A DNA stretch of 64,000 nucleotides from Epiperipatus broadwayi (Eukaryota > Animalia > Onychophora), in the NCBI GenBank assembly GCA_028023455.1, contig JAQFVV010000002.1:868001-932000 (forward strand). Reading direction: 5' to 3'. A program made the translations under genes and the position numbers. Positions within the stretch are counted from its first letter, which is position 1; every line of letters starts with the position of its first letter. This document shows positions 38,251-51,655 of the stretch, one piece after another. The notes under the pieces were generated by a model that saw only the letters and a program-made list of their open reading frames with translations, searched no databases and was not told the origin of the DNA.

Positions 38251-40984
38251 GAATTCTGTTAAATAAATATAAACATCTTCTCTTGGACAAGTTAACCTAA
38301 GAATACTATATATTTTTTATATAGTAAAAAATTAAATTTTGTTATCATTATTTAAGAGTAAATATAAAAAAAGGAGAAGAGAAAAGTTGATCATAATTAT
38401 ATATGTTTAAATTACTGCGTCAATGTATCATATAATGTATTTGTTAGAAACTTTAATTTAGAATATATTTTGTCTAACTAGCTTCCGTTTGCAGAGTTTA
38501 AGTATAAATAATAAAAAAAAAAAACATAAACCCTTTCAAATGTATAATTAGATATAGATAAATTTAACATTAAATTCGGAAAAGTTGTTAAATTATTTTT
38601 TTTCGTAAAATATACTATTAGTAGTAAAATTGTTGAAACTATCATAGCCGTGTAGTATTTTAAAAATATTTGTTTTTAAATTTATTTTTTTTTGCTTACC
38701 ATTTCATTACAAAAATAATGTGGTTATTTATTTTATATTAAGTAGTTCATTGTGCTAAGGATAATTATATTTTTGGGATGAAAATAATTATTTTATAGAA
38801 GATATTATCTACTCAATATTTAATGCACTTTTTATTTTGCTGAGGAAAATGGGCATATCCAGAAGATCAAAATTTTTTATACTACTACTATTTATATATT
38901 AAAGTGTTTTGAATTTAAAATAAAATGGTGGTTTCTAGTAGCACTGGAATTTTACTGCACTCTTATATGTAATTGAGATGTATTTTCTAGTTAATAAAAA
39001 TATGATTTTAATTTGGACTTATAGTCTCTTGAATCATTTGTTAGAAATGCTTTATAACTTGTATGGTTAGAGGAGTGTTCAACATGTATTTACAATATGA
39101 TTTTAAATTAAATATTATCTGTGTTTTCTTACAATATTTACTAATTTTGTCCCTTACACATGTAAACTTTGTACCCACAAATATGCAATTTGTTCTATAA
39201 CAAATTTACAATACAAACTTAATACAGCACTAATTTTTGAAAGTTATAAATATATAGGATGAAGTTGGAATATTGATCTAGTTCTAAGTAAAATAAAAAT
39301 CCAAGAATTATATCTTTTTTATTTCATCATTAGTTTTTTTTTAATCATGATTCAAACTGACTTGTAATCTCATTAGTTTATGTAATGTACTGAGATTTGT
39401 TTGAACATTTTTTTTTGTATGTGAAAACAAATTGGAAATATTTTAATAAATAATTTTATTTGGATGTCAGTTTATTTTTATGAAAATACATCTGACTTTA
39501 TATTATTATGCATTTGTTAAATTTATCTATTTCATATCTCTTCCACAAGAGGCTCAAATGCCCATTCTTAATGATGATGCATCAAGTCTATAATAGAATA
39601 ATGTTTGTTTGATTTGAACCTGGTTCTGATACTGTTTTAATATTTATATTTTTTTGAATAAAAATTTATTTGAATTTAAGTCATTAGTAGGATTGTACAG
39701 TATTTATTTTTTTAATGTTTAATAAATGTATATATTTTTTTCCTGTCCACTTTAGCCACATATCAGATCCACTACTCTCTATATATATTGTGATGAAATG
39801 ATGATAACCATCATCATCATCATATTTTCAGGTATAAATTTATATAGGAAAGATTTTGGAATTATAGTAAATTAGAGCGGGAGATATAAAAATATAAATT
39901 GTGTGTGCATTGATTGACATCCACTTTCCTGATTCATCTTATTGTAATATTGATCAAACAGAAAATATGTTTGATTATATAAAGAAGCAAAAAAGCACAT
40001 TTAAGTTTGTTAGAATTTAATAACTAACAGTTAATAAAAAGATTTGTTATGCTTGTAATGTTGTCTAAAAGTCATTGTAAATTACTCTGTATTTCTTTAA
40101 TGTCTCATTTTAATTTATAAATATAATTGATAATGCATAAAAAAGAGATATTAATAACAGTTTTTGCTTTTGTTTCCTTAATAAGGCTGAGTTCAAATAT
40201 AAGATGAACAGTAAAAGCCACAAATACCAATTGTGCATCATTTTAAAGAAAAAAGCTACCTAATGATACATTTTTCATTAATGACACATTAAACTTCAAA
40301 CAGATATATTCTTATAATGTTAAATTGCTTTGAATTTTATATAAATATTTTTGTATTAATTTAAACAATATGTTTTATAAGATATTCCAGACAATAATTA
40401 GAAAAAGCTTATTATGTTTTTTAAAATCATAATATCCATTTTGGACTGGAATATTAATTAAATATAAAGGTGTCACATGTTGAAACATAAATAAATTTGC
40501 ATTGAAAGGGTATTAGTCAGTTGATGAGTTGTGCAGTGAATAGCTAAAAAAAAGACATTTTTCAAGACATTGCTTTATAAGCTGTTCAATATTGGAGCAT
40601 AGGGTAGAAATTACGCTAATCCGGGGTAATTTGCTTAGTTGAAAAAATAATTAAAGTCAAAGACATTGGAGTAATGTAATGAACAATATGGGTCCAATAA
40701 ATATATGCAAGCTTCCAAATTACCACAAAATTCACAATAGAGAATTTAGATAGGTGTCTTTACAAATGCTATTAATTCTTGTTATTATTTCAATTGTCAT
40801 TAATATTTGATCTTTTTATTAATTATTTTATACAAGTATAAAATTTATTTTAGGCATTGTATTGAAAATCAGTGTCACCTGCTTACATTTATTTGTTTAT
40901 ATTATTATGCATATACTTCTCGGGTAAGGAATGCTAATCAATGTATTTCTAATTCTTCATTTTGTTTTTTATTATTTTTAAACA

Positions 40985-41760
40985 TTAAGGATTTTTCATC
41001 CTAACACATGCACTGTGTACTGTTTATATATTAACTCAACATGACTTATTGAGTATCAAGGAAACTCTCAAATAAAGACACAAGATAAAGACTTTTGAAA
41101 AGGTAAGAAATGGCTGTCCTATCTTTAACCTACATTCTACTTTATAGGCCAATCTAAAGTATCTCAGTTTAAGAGTGTAAAGTTGTTTCTCTGTTTACCT
41201 TATTTTCATTATTTTCTTTTTGCATATTAACTTTCATGAAAACTTTAGATTTACTATGTGTTAATACTCAGAAATATTAGAAAATATGTAATATTTAATT
41301 TTATTTGTTAACACACAGATAATATATAAATTAAACCATAAGGATTTGTCATCCTAACATATGTGCTGTATTGTTTTTTTATATTAAATCAATGATGTCT
41401 TGTTGAGTATTGAGAAAATTCTCAAACTAAAGATTTCATAAAAGTTAATATGCTGAAAGAAAATAATGGAAATAAAGTGATCAGAGAAACATGTTTTCAT
41501 TCTTAAATTGAGATGCTTAAGATTAGCCTATATAATTAGAATGTAGTTTAAAGATAAAATGGCCATTATTTTTTTGGAAGTCTCTATCTTGTGTTTTAGT
41601 TTGAGAGTTTCCTCAATACTCAACAAGACATCATTGAGTTAATATAAAAAACAGTACAATGCATGTGTATGGATGAAAAATCTTTATTGTTTAAGTTATA
41701 TACTATTTGTGCACTAGCAAATAAAATTAAATATGATATTATTATTTATATAAGATAGTG
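40985..41760. repeat. Direct + direct + inverted copies of a ~100-250-bp module
   Basis: taaggattt(t/g)tcatcctaaca at ~40987 and ~41340. Reverse-complement copy at ~41520-41750. Confidence 0.75.
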
Positions 41761-44099
41761 AAAACATTTAGCTGTATGCTAGTATGATTCTCTGTCCCAT
41801 TCCACAATTTGATTTAGCATTGAAATATATCATCAGCATTATCTGGATAGTGAATGAGTTCATTATTTAAACTCTGCTACTAGTGGAATGTGAATATGAA
41901 TGTTTTTAGGATTGTAGAGTTGATGTCATTGGTAGCACTTCTGTGATAGAATATGATGCCCTGAGGTCCTTGTTATTGCAATGAGTTTTTAAGTTAAGCC
42001 ATAATGATGGAGTAATTTTGGTATTAATTATCCGAAAGTGGTTGTCAAAATGATGATAATTAGAAAATATAGCCTGTGTTTATTGTGAACATATAGTAAG
42101 ACTAATAGAAAGAATATCTACTTGCTCATCATCCTAAATCCTAAATGAATCCTTATGAAAAATACTAATAATAGGATTAATGTTTGCCGTTCCTTTGACA
42201 AATATGACACCTTAACAGTGAGGGAAAAGCTATTCCCATGTAATACATATATATATATCACATAAAAACTACCCATGCTTATCTTGACTGAGTATATTCA
42301 ATCCAATGTCAAGGGAGTCTTATGGGTGAAAGATGAATTTCAACTTTCACTCTGGTCTAAGAAGTTATTACATACAATGTAATTGACACTTTGAAATGAC
42401 ATGCATATTATCTGTATTTACACCTTAGACCAGAATAAAATATTGGATTCATCTTTTAAGTTGTTTTGACAATAGAGTGAAAATTTTTGATGTAGGGTCA
42501 TGTGATTTACATTTATGAACAATCTAACTTTGAGCAAAATAAGATTTAATATATAGGTTCAATAAGCTTTTCATAGAATAAAGTTATATCAATGCTTTGC
42601 ACATTTTTTTCTAAATTTTTCATTACAAACATAAAATAAATACATTTTTGTATGAATTTTTAAAGTATGGTAATTTCATTCATATTACATAGGTAAATGT
42701 AAATTTGATAAAATTGAGCAGAATACTGTTATAAATAATTCTTGGATGGTGAGTTGAACTCATGATTGCATAATTACTAATGCTGTATTCATTAGAATAA
42801 ATGTAAATTGGAATATAAATATATGTGGTATATCTAAAAACAGCTGAATATTAAGTCAATATAATGAGAAGCTAATTATGGGTGGAAAGTATCAATAATT
42901 AGCAAGTACTAATTAATTGCATTAAAAAAACAGGATTAATATTTTAGAGTCATTTTCATAAATATTATTGCTATATTTATCTTATAGAAATAATATAATT
43001 TCTCTATTTAGGGCATATAAGCAATTAATAAGATACATATGAGTACATATTAAAAATCCTAGTCTCTAAACTCAGCATAAAGTAAAACTAGTTAATAAAA
43101 ATAATATATATATTATAATAAATACTTTTATTTACTATGCACTAAAGTGCTCAAAACCAATTATTTTTTCAACTTTAATGGCTATTTTTATATTTAACTT
43201 GAAAGTAAAACATGGGTTAGGGGTCTGTAAACTAATTAATTCAATGTTTTATTATAAAAGTAGGAATTGAATTAATTAACTTCTGGATTTTCCATGCTTT
43301 TATATCAAAGATAAATATAGAAACAATAATTGTGGTTGAAGAAACAATATTTTTGGGCATTTTAGTATACAGTAAATAAAAGCATTTATTATAAAATATT
43401 TATATATATTATTTTTAACTTTTTATTATTGTGATTTTTTTTTATAATTATTCCAATTTTAATTAAAACAAAGATCAGACATGTGGCTAACTCACTGTTC
43501 TGTCATATTTAATAATAAGAAATATGTAGGGTTTTTTTTTCCAAAAAATAATATGTACTTAAATGCTCTAAAATTCTTACCTACAAATACTATAAACAAC
43601 ATTTGACGGTATAATATTTGTCTGAGTGGTAAATTATAGCATTAATTCACAATTTTATTAGTATCCAAAGCAACCTTATTCTTTGATACAATTATATATA
43701 AAATGTATAAGTTGTAAATAAAATATATACTCACCCTTTTTCAAGTTGAAGTCATTCCTCATCTATCTTGAAGTAACAATTGTTTTTCCTGTGTTTTCAT
43801 ATGTAATCTATCAAATGTTCTGTAACTTAAATATAGCAACTCAAATTGTGGTTGAAAAACATATTTTTGGCTTTTTAGTGTAAAGTAAATACAAATGTTT
43901 TTTATTTAAAAATGTCTTACATATATCATTTTTTATTTAATATTCTAATAATGTACAAATGACTTTTGTTAAGAAGTCTATCTTTTTATTACTTCAATTT
44001 TGCAAAATCATTTATAATAAACAGGAAACCGTGCATATTAAAAATTAAAAAATTAAAAATAAGACTTGTTTATGATATTTCAATTACATATGTGTATGT

Positions 44100-47000
44100 G
44101 AGATGTTGATTGCATAAAAGATTTTTAAACTTGATATATATGAAACTGTATTGATGTCTATTCTGTGAATTTCTGCCAATGCACTTTTTATCCCATCAGT
44201 TCAGTGACCATCCAATGATCTTATATAATTCAATGCAATGTACGGCCATTCTTTTTCAAAAAGCTTTTATCCCAAATGCACTACTGCATAGTTTTTAATT
44301 TTGTATACTGCAAATGCCCACGAGAGGATAAATGGAAGCATTCTTCTTTCACCTATTCCATAACTAAATTTATCCATCCTTGCCAGAGTTAGATGGCATA
44401 TCTTATTCATATATCTGATTTTAATGAAAGAGCAACTGCATGATCTTAATGATAAATGCAATACTTCCATTCACCAATGTAGTTTAATTTTTGCACCCAA
44501 AAATATTTCCATTTCTTTATCAATCCTTCTGCTGTGTTGGTATATGATGTAATGTTGCTCTCTAAGTTTATGCTGCTAATGATCATAGGCTCTGATGGTA
44601 TATGTGTTGACATTGTTAGTCTTAAGATATTGGAAAACTGCTTTATTATCATCATCAACTTGAATGTTTGTTGGATGTACAGGCAAAGCCTTATCAAAGA
44701 CAAAATCAACAGATGTTTCTTGAAGCACTTTCTCCATCAGTGTAACAAAAGCTTAGATCTCATTTCTCTAACCCTATTGTATTGAGAATATTGATGAATA
44801 TATTGTAACCTTACTGTTGCATATTCTCAGTGGACTCATGTAATGTGAACAATTTCCAGAGATGTGTTTCTGCTATTAGATTGTTAGTCTATTATTACAA
44901 GCACAATATTTGATAGAAGCCATAGATATTTCATCAGTTATAATGAATTCTATGTGTCTCCATTGTTTATGCAAGTTAGTCATGTAAATTTCAGTTAATG
45001 ATATACTGCAATAGATGTAATGTTGCTCTCTAAGTTTATGCTGCTAATGATCATAGGCTCTGATGGTATATGTGTTGACTTTGTTAGTCTTAAGATATTG
45101 GAAAACTGCTTTATTATGATCATCAACTTGAATGTTTGTTGGATGTACAGGCAAAGCCTTATCAAAGACAAAATCAACAGAACCCCCAAAAAAAAACCCC
45201 CCCCCCCCCCCCCATAAAAAAAAATGAAAAAATATATAAACTTTTATACACATAACACAAAAAAAAAAATTAAAAGGTTTTGTTTTAAGTTTTTTTATTA
45301 TTAAAAACAAAAATTTATAAAAAAAAAAATTTTTTTTTAAAAATTTTTTTTTCTCTTTTTTTTAAATTTAGTAAATTTATTAATAAATTTAAAAAAGTAA
45401 TTGTTTAGTTTATGTGTTGCGGGCGGGAAAAACCAAACGGTTTGGGACAGGCAAACATCAAAGACAAAATCAACAGATGTTTTTTGAAGCACTTTCTCCA
45501 TCAGTGTAACAAATGCTTAGATCTCATTTCTCCAACCCTATTGTATTGAGAATATTGATGAATATATTGTAACCTTACTGTTGCATATTCTCAGTGGACT
45601 CATGTAATGTGAACAATTTCCAGAGATGTGTTTCTGCTATTAGATTGTTAGTCTATTATTACAAGCACAATATTTGATAGAAGCCATAGATATTTCATCA
45701 ATTATAATGAATTCTATGTGTCTCCATTGTTTATGCAAGCTGGTCATGTAAATTTAGTTAATGATGATATACTGCAATAGACCTTTTTGTACAGTGGGTT
45801 CAAGGTCATATGTATTATTGATGAGCACATCCTATAAATTTGTGTAATTCCTTGAGATGTTTCAATTGGTGGATGATCTTCAATACAAACTACTATGTGC
45901 ATGTTCAGGCTTCTTTAGTTCTGAAATTTAACCCACCACCAGTGATCAATCACTCAGCCTCCAAAAATTTCACTAGTATTTTTGAGGAGATGCATAAGTG
46001 CATTCATATATCATAAAATACTGGCTCACTATAACTGGAAAATGTTCATTTTAATATTATGTAGCATTTATGTCCAAGTCATTTGGATCATCATTTGGTC
46101 TTGTATCGGCAATTAATGGTGCTATTCTTATATTATATCATTTAAGGTCATTTCAGTTGAATATAATAAAGTATGTCAGTTGTCTTAAATATCTAATTTA
46201 TGCAATCAAATTATTGAGGACCACACACCAGTATACAGCTAACTCTCAAGATCTTTATATGGAGAAATAAGTCTAACTCTATTGGCATCCTGTCCTTCAA
46301 TATTTCTTGCATATACAGCAATTGTGATTTTGACTCAGTAGTATTAGAATATAGACAAGGAACACAGGAATTCCTTTTTTCTTTGAAATATTTTATTTCT
46401 GCTATGGGTTTAAATTGGCAGTATTTCTATACTGTAATAGGTACTGGTCATTCCTCTTTTAGTTCCATTGAAACCATATAGTAAGAGGTAGAACCATGCA
46501 AACTCCTCAAATTTTAATTCATGGGCATATTTACAATGTTGTCCTTTGTCTTATATCTAATCCCATAGGAAATATCCAATATATGAAGCATACCCTCAAT
46601 ATTTGGCTGACTGCAGTCTATAACTGCCACTGATGAAGTATGCCTATGTTATGTTGTTTCATCTGATGCATTCATATTTTCTATGTGCATTCAGAATTAT
46701 GGATAGGGTCACATTTAGGACTACATCAATGTCATTGGTAATATATTGTGTTGCATGATCCTTTCAATCATTTATACATGCAATGTAGATCTTTAACCAT
46801 ATCACATTCAATAAGGCAGCTCTTCCTTCATGGGAAATCTTGATTTTGGATCACAAGAGAGAATAAATGAAATAATGTATTGTATCCATAATTCATGACT
46901 CTGTTCATGTTCAATGCAGCTATCAATATATCTACTAAATGATTTGTGAACAAGTTGTTTAAATTTGATGTAATGTCATTGTGATAATGTCTGCATTAGC

Positions 47001-48720
47001 TATATTTTGTATATTTTCTTCACAGTCAATTGAGAAACACTCATTATACATTATAAAGCCGTGATTTTTGATGTTGAGGTTAAAAAAACTTTCAAATATT
47101 CACTTTTATCAATGTTATTTGGTACTGAACACATTAGAATGGATTCATACATGCTACCACCTCAATCACATTTATTTTCATAATGTTCATTGATCAGTGA
47201 CATGGATGTAGAATAGCAATTTTTATAATTTTAGATAATGCTATAGGGCAACAGTTAATGTCCATAACCTGAACTGAATATTTCATGATTGCCCTGATGT
47301 CATAATGTTCAAATGATTCTGGTAATTTTAGTTAGTAATGTTTATTTTTCCAGGATATTCATTTGTATTGCCATTATGTTTATTCTGATTAGAACAATAA
47401 AATATATTACATTTCTTCATCAATATGTTCATACTCATTAATTGTGTCATCTCTATTGAATATCTTATTACCAATTAACCATAGATGGATTGATAAAATT
47501 TTGAGAACTGATTAATAATATTGAGATTTTCAAGATATTTTGTGATTATCATAATTCCTGATTTGTTAATTGATTTTGGTAATACATTAGGAAATTTTTC
47601 ACTTACTTATGTCTTGCACAAGCAGCACTGCTTGAACCACAAAACCTATATTATTTACAGAATCAATTGAATTTGATAAATGTGACAAATGGAATCACTC
47701 TAGAGAGTAGATATTGCTCAGATTAAAATAACACATTTGATAAAACAACCAGACGTAGATTGTTTCAATATGCTTTGGATAAAACAATTATCTTGTTGAA
47801 TGTTTTTGGGAGTGAGAACATGGTAGCAATTTGTTCTTAGTTAACACTTCTGGAGGAAGTTTTTATATTGCTGCCATTACTGTAGTGAACTTTCTTAACC
47901 TGATTTTATTAGCAACATTTAGAACAAATGTTGCAGATGTGATTTTTTGAAGAATGTATTGATGGCTTTTATAAATATGAATTTCAACATTGAGTGTTTC
48001 TTGTTGTTTATGATGTAAGTGATCCATCTCCAAACACATTGGTTGTTGTTCAAGTTTTTAAGGAACTCTCAAGAGTGTTACATTTTTCTTAATAGATGCA
48101 AGTTCAGATTCACGGTGTTTATGTGTTCTTAGTTGTTTCATGTTTTTTATTCTTTGTACTGCTTAATGTTTCTGCAGACTTGTCACATTTTTTCAAATTG
48201 ATTCCAGTTGAGATTTAAATTGCTCATGTGTTTCTGCAACTCTCAATTGTTCTACACTTTTCTGTATGGATACCAGTTGCTCTTGGAATTACTCCTATGT
48301 TTCTGAAAATCTCAATTCTTTCATATTTTGTCAAACAAATTCCAGCTGTGCTTGGTATTTTTCATATTTTTCTACAATTCTCAATCATCTCACATTTTCA
48401 TGAACAGATATAAGTTTATCCCTATGCTGTTCTGGTGATTGCAATCTTTTCAGTTGTTTTATGTATCACTGAACAGATGCTAGTGAATCCTTATGCTACT
48501 CTTTTATTTCTACTGTTCTCAGTTTTGTCTGATTTTGGTAAGCCAATGTCAATCAGTTTTTATGTTACCAAGGTATGCCCTCTAGAAACTTGAAGTGACT
48601 TTTCTAGACTTCTATGCTTTTTTTCTCATGTTCAATGTAACTCTTTTTATGATATTTCTATCTTGTTTTTTCCAATTGTCTCTTTCTTTGTGTAGCTGTT
48701 TCCTCTTGACATTTGAATTA
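44100..48720 (-). mobile_element. Helitron-type RepHel pseudogene (PIF1 helicase C-terminal part; N-terminal cysteine-rich region)
   Basis: ERRMLPFILSWAFAVYK...AVVHLG and KLFEK..YIAL (PIF1 C-terminal motifs); KALPVHPTNIQVDDHNKAV; TAEGLIKEMEIFLGAKIKL; HICNIC...LPPEVL at ~47850-47950. Many stops and frameshifts; termini not identified. Confidence 0.8.
44546..45780. repeat. 468-bp tandem duplication in the helicase; the second copy is interrupted by homopolymer-rich sequence (45181-~45445)
   Basis: gatgtaatgttgctctc at 44546 and 45014. Copy 2 resumes at ~45446 with a short re-read of caggcaaa...caaaatcaacag. Confidence 0.9.
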
Positions 48721-49477
48721 AGTTATATATATATAAATTGATATTTTTTTTTATTCTGCAACATAGAAGCTCTACTGTCAGTATTTAAAATAAATTATTT
48801 AGTTAGTTTTTTTTATTAATATGCTGTTTGGTTATAATTATTCAAAGTAAAATAAAATCTGTTAGGTAAAATGAATCAAACATGTAATTTATAATATTTT
48901 CATGTTTTACTTAGAGTCCCCCATATTTCCAGTATTAATAACAATATTTGAGCACCTGAAATGAAAGTTTTTATTTAATTTTTTATTTAAACATTAACAC
49001 AATTTTATCAAAGAAAGTAAGAAAAGTTTTGGAAAGTTTAAATATTTGATAAAAAAAAAATAATTATTTTATATGTTTTGCATCTGACTTTTAGCTGTTT
49101 ATACTGAAATTTTTTTTTCCATTTTTTTTATTCAAAGTTCAAAAATATTTTTCCCCATCAAAGTATTAGAAAGGAGAATAATTTATGCACATAAAAAATT
49201 ATTTATAAAAATTTTATGTCTATGAAAGTTGCAATTGTAGATTATGTTACCATTAATTCACAACATTATTAATATCCAAAACAATCTTATCTCTCAGTAC
49301 TGTTATATGAAATGTATAGATTGTAAATAAAGTACATATCCATTTTTATATATATTTTAAATTATTTATTTGTTACTTATTGTTAGAGCATGTTAAAACT
49401 GAATTTTTGACTATTTGCACTTTTATTTCAAGTAATAAATAAATAATATAAAAATTTTGTCAGATGATGAACATTTT

Positions 49478-49660
49478 TCTACATGAATAAAGGTGATAAA
49501 CAGAGCAACCAAAATGCAAAAAATATTAATTATAAACAACAATTGGCCAAGTGCTTTTGGTACTGTATATCAGAATCATGGTGACAAATTGTTGTTTATA
49601 ATTAATGTTTTTTTTTTGCATTTTGGTTGCTCTGTTTATCACGCTTTATTCGTGAAGAAT
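49478..49660. repeat. Foldback/MITE-like hairpin
   Basis: gtgataaacagagcaaccaaaatgcaaaaaa...attataaacaacaatt and its near-perfect reverse complement. Confidence 0.85.
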
Positions 49661-50587
49661 AATTTATTTTTATTTCAAGGTAAATATAGAAATATTACAA
49701 TTGCTATTGAAGAAACAATTATTTTTAGACATTAATTGTTTCAGCATTCAGATATTTTTTTCTAATTATTGCAATGGAGGTTAAGAAATATCAGAGCTCC
49801 CAAGAATAGATGGACTTATTCTATTCTTTATTCTTTGTTCAACATTTAGAATGCTTTTAATTTATAGCTAGGGGAGAGTGATTTATTCCCTTTGTATACA
49901 AAGAAGTAAAATCATATATGTTTCGGAGGCTGCACTTTTTATCATGAATAATAGAGAAAATTCTTTAATGATTTCTGAATATTTGTAAGATATTGATATC
50001 TTCATTTTTTTTAATTAATCACAGATTTAACATTTTTCTAAAAAAACTAAATTAATGTTAGTTAAGACAATGGTAGAGGAACAATTTAAAGTGGCAGAAT
50101 TACTGTGCACTGTAATAAAAAAGGGTTAACAATGAAAGAAACTATCTTTGATTAAAAAACCAGGATTTTTAATGTACAAGTAATTAAAAATTCTAATTGG
50201 TTTTGGGTAAAAGATTATGAAATATTTTTTCAAGTAAATTATTTTATATTTTTATTAATATAAATTAAAAAAAACAGGCGATTTGTAATTTAGCTTTTTT
50301 TTTTTTTATTAATTAAGTAAGAAAAATACCTGTTTAATTTTTTGTTATAAATTATATTGTATCTACTATAAATAGTGCATTCAATTTAACTCATGGGATT
50401 ATTATAAAAAGTCTGCTTCAAAAGAATGGTAGGTATTGTTAAATTCCATATTTAGTTGAGTTCAAATTCCCACAAAAGTAAAGTATGACAGTTTTTCTAT
50501 GATGTTTTATAGTGTAGTATGTGTGTAGAAGATTACTGTTGAAGCTTGGAAATAATGGAAGCTAAACTGAATTAAAAACCATAAACA

Positions 50588-50672
50588 TTTATCTACTTGC
50601 TAGTCACGATATGTTTTTATCTACTTGCTAGTCATGGTATGTTTTTATCTACTTGCTAGTCATGGTATGTTA
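50588..50672 (+). repeat. 28-bp tandem repeat x3
   Basis: atctacttgctagtca at 50591, 50619 and 50647, with no spacers. Confidence 0.95.
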
Positions 50673-51274
50673 TACTAAAAACCATATGAAAAACAGTCAA
50701 ATCTTGAGATATGTTTACTATGCTTTTATATATATATGGTACTTCATACATGTGTAGAAATACAAAAGAAATCAATTATTACTTGTAAATATACTGTCCA
50801 TCTATGAGACATTTCATGTATGCAGAATAAAAATGACAAAAAAAATCATTAGAAAAATATTTCTATATTATGCATGTTAATTGAATATTGTGCTAAAAAT
50901 GAAAAAAATATATTTCACCTAGTTATTTCATTTTATTATGTTTTTTTTATTTAAAAAAGTGAACTTTTCTTATAATAATTGGAAGCAAAAACTTATAAAT
51001 TAATTGAATAAATTAGCTTATAAAAAAAATATTTCACAAGAAAATAAATGGTACTGACAAGTAAATTTTAGACCAGATTAAAAGCTTCCAGAATATAGAA
51101 ATTCTATATATATTTTCTTTGAGTTATGTTATTTATAGAAGATTTGTTTTAGAGTTGGGAAAATATAATGAAATTATTTAGTTTGGGATTGAATTTTGAT
51201 CCACCATGGCTACAACTCATTTTTTAATTACTCATTCTTAAAAACAAAAAAAAAAGTATGATATAATTATTCTC

Positions 51275-51655
51275 CCAATAATCAGCCATTAAGCTAATGT
51301 ACATGTGCTTTGTGGCTTTTTAAATATAAATGAATACTCTGACTTCCAAACACAAGATAAAGTCTTTGTGAAAAGATAAAATGAATCGATATATGTCTAA
51401 TTTCAACTAAGAATGATGTATCATAAATTCTAGTAAATTTTGCAAGCATCATTCCTTCAGACATAGTAAAAGTAATTTAAAGTGATTCATGCTCTCATTC
51501 TCAAATGCTTGTGATTTGCCCATACATAAATGTGTGGGTAGAAAGGATAGAAGGATTCATTTTATCTTTTCACAAAGACTTTATTTGTGTTTGGAAATCA
51601 GAGTATTCATTTATAGTTAAAAATCCACAATGCGCATATTCATTAGCTTAATAAT
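51275..51655. repeat. Foldback repeat family, copy 2 (same family as 25800-26475)
   Basis: aaagtctttgtgaaaagat / atcttttcacaaagacttt arms and the taataatcagc...aagctaatg module are shared with copy 1. Confidence 0.8.

Noticed and set aside
45044-45310. ORF with a GGGGG segment (and the PPPPP ORF on the opposite strand)
   Set aside because: Its N-terminus comes from the homopolymer block. Only the C-terminal half is real helicase sequence.
46625-46680. CTGATGAAG match as a hammerhead
   Set aside because: It lies within the Helitron coding relic and has no GAAA on that strand.
50588-50672. 28-bp repeats as a CRISPR array
   Set aside because: The units abut with no spacers, there are no cas genes, and the context is eukaryotic.
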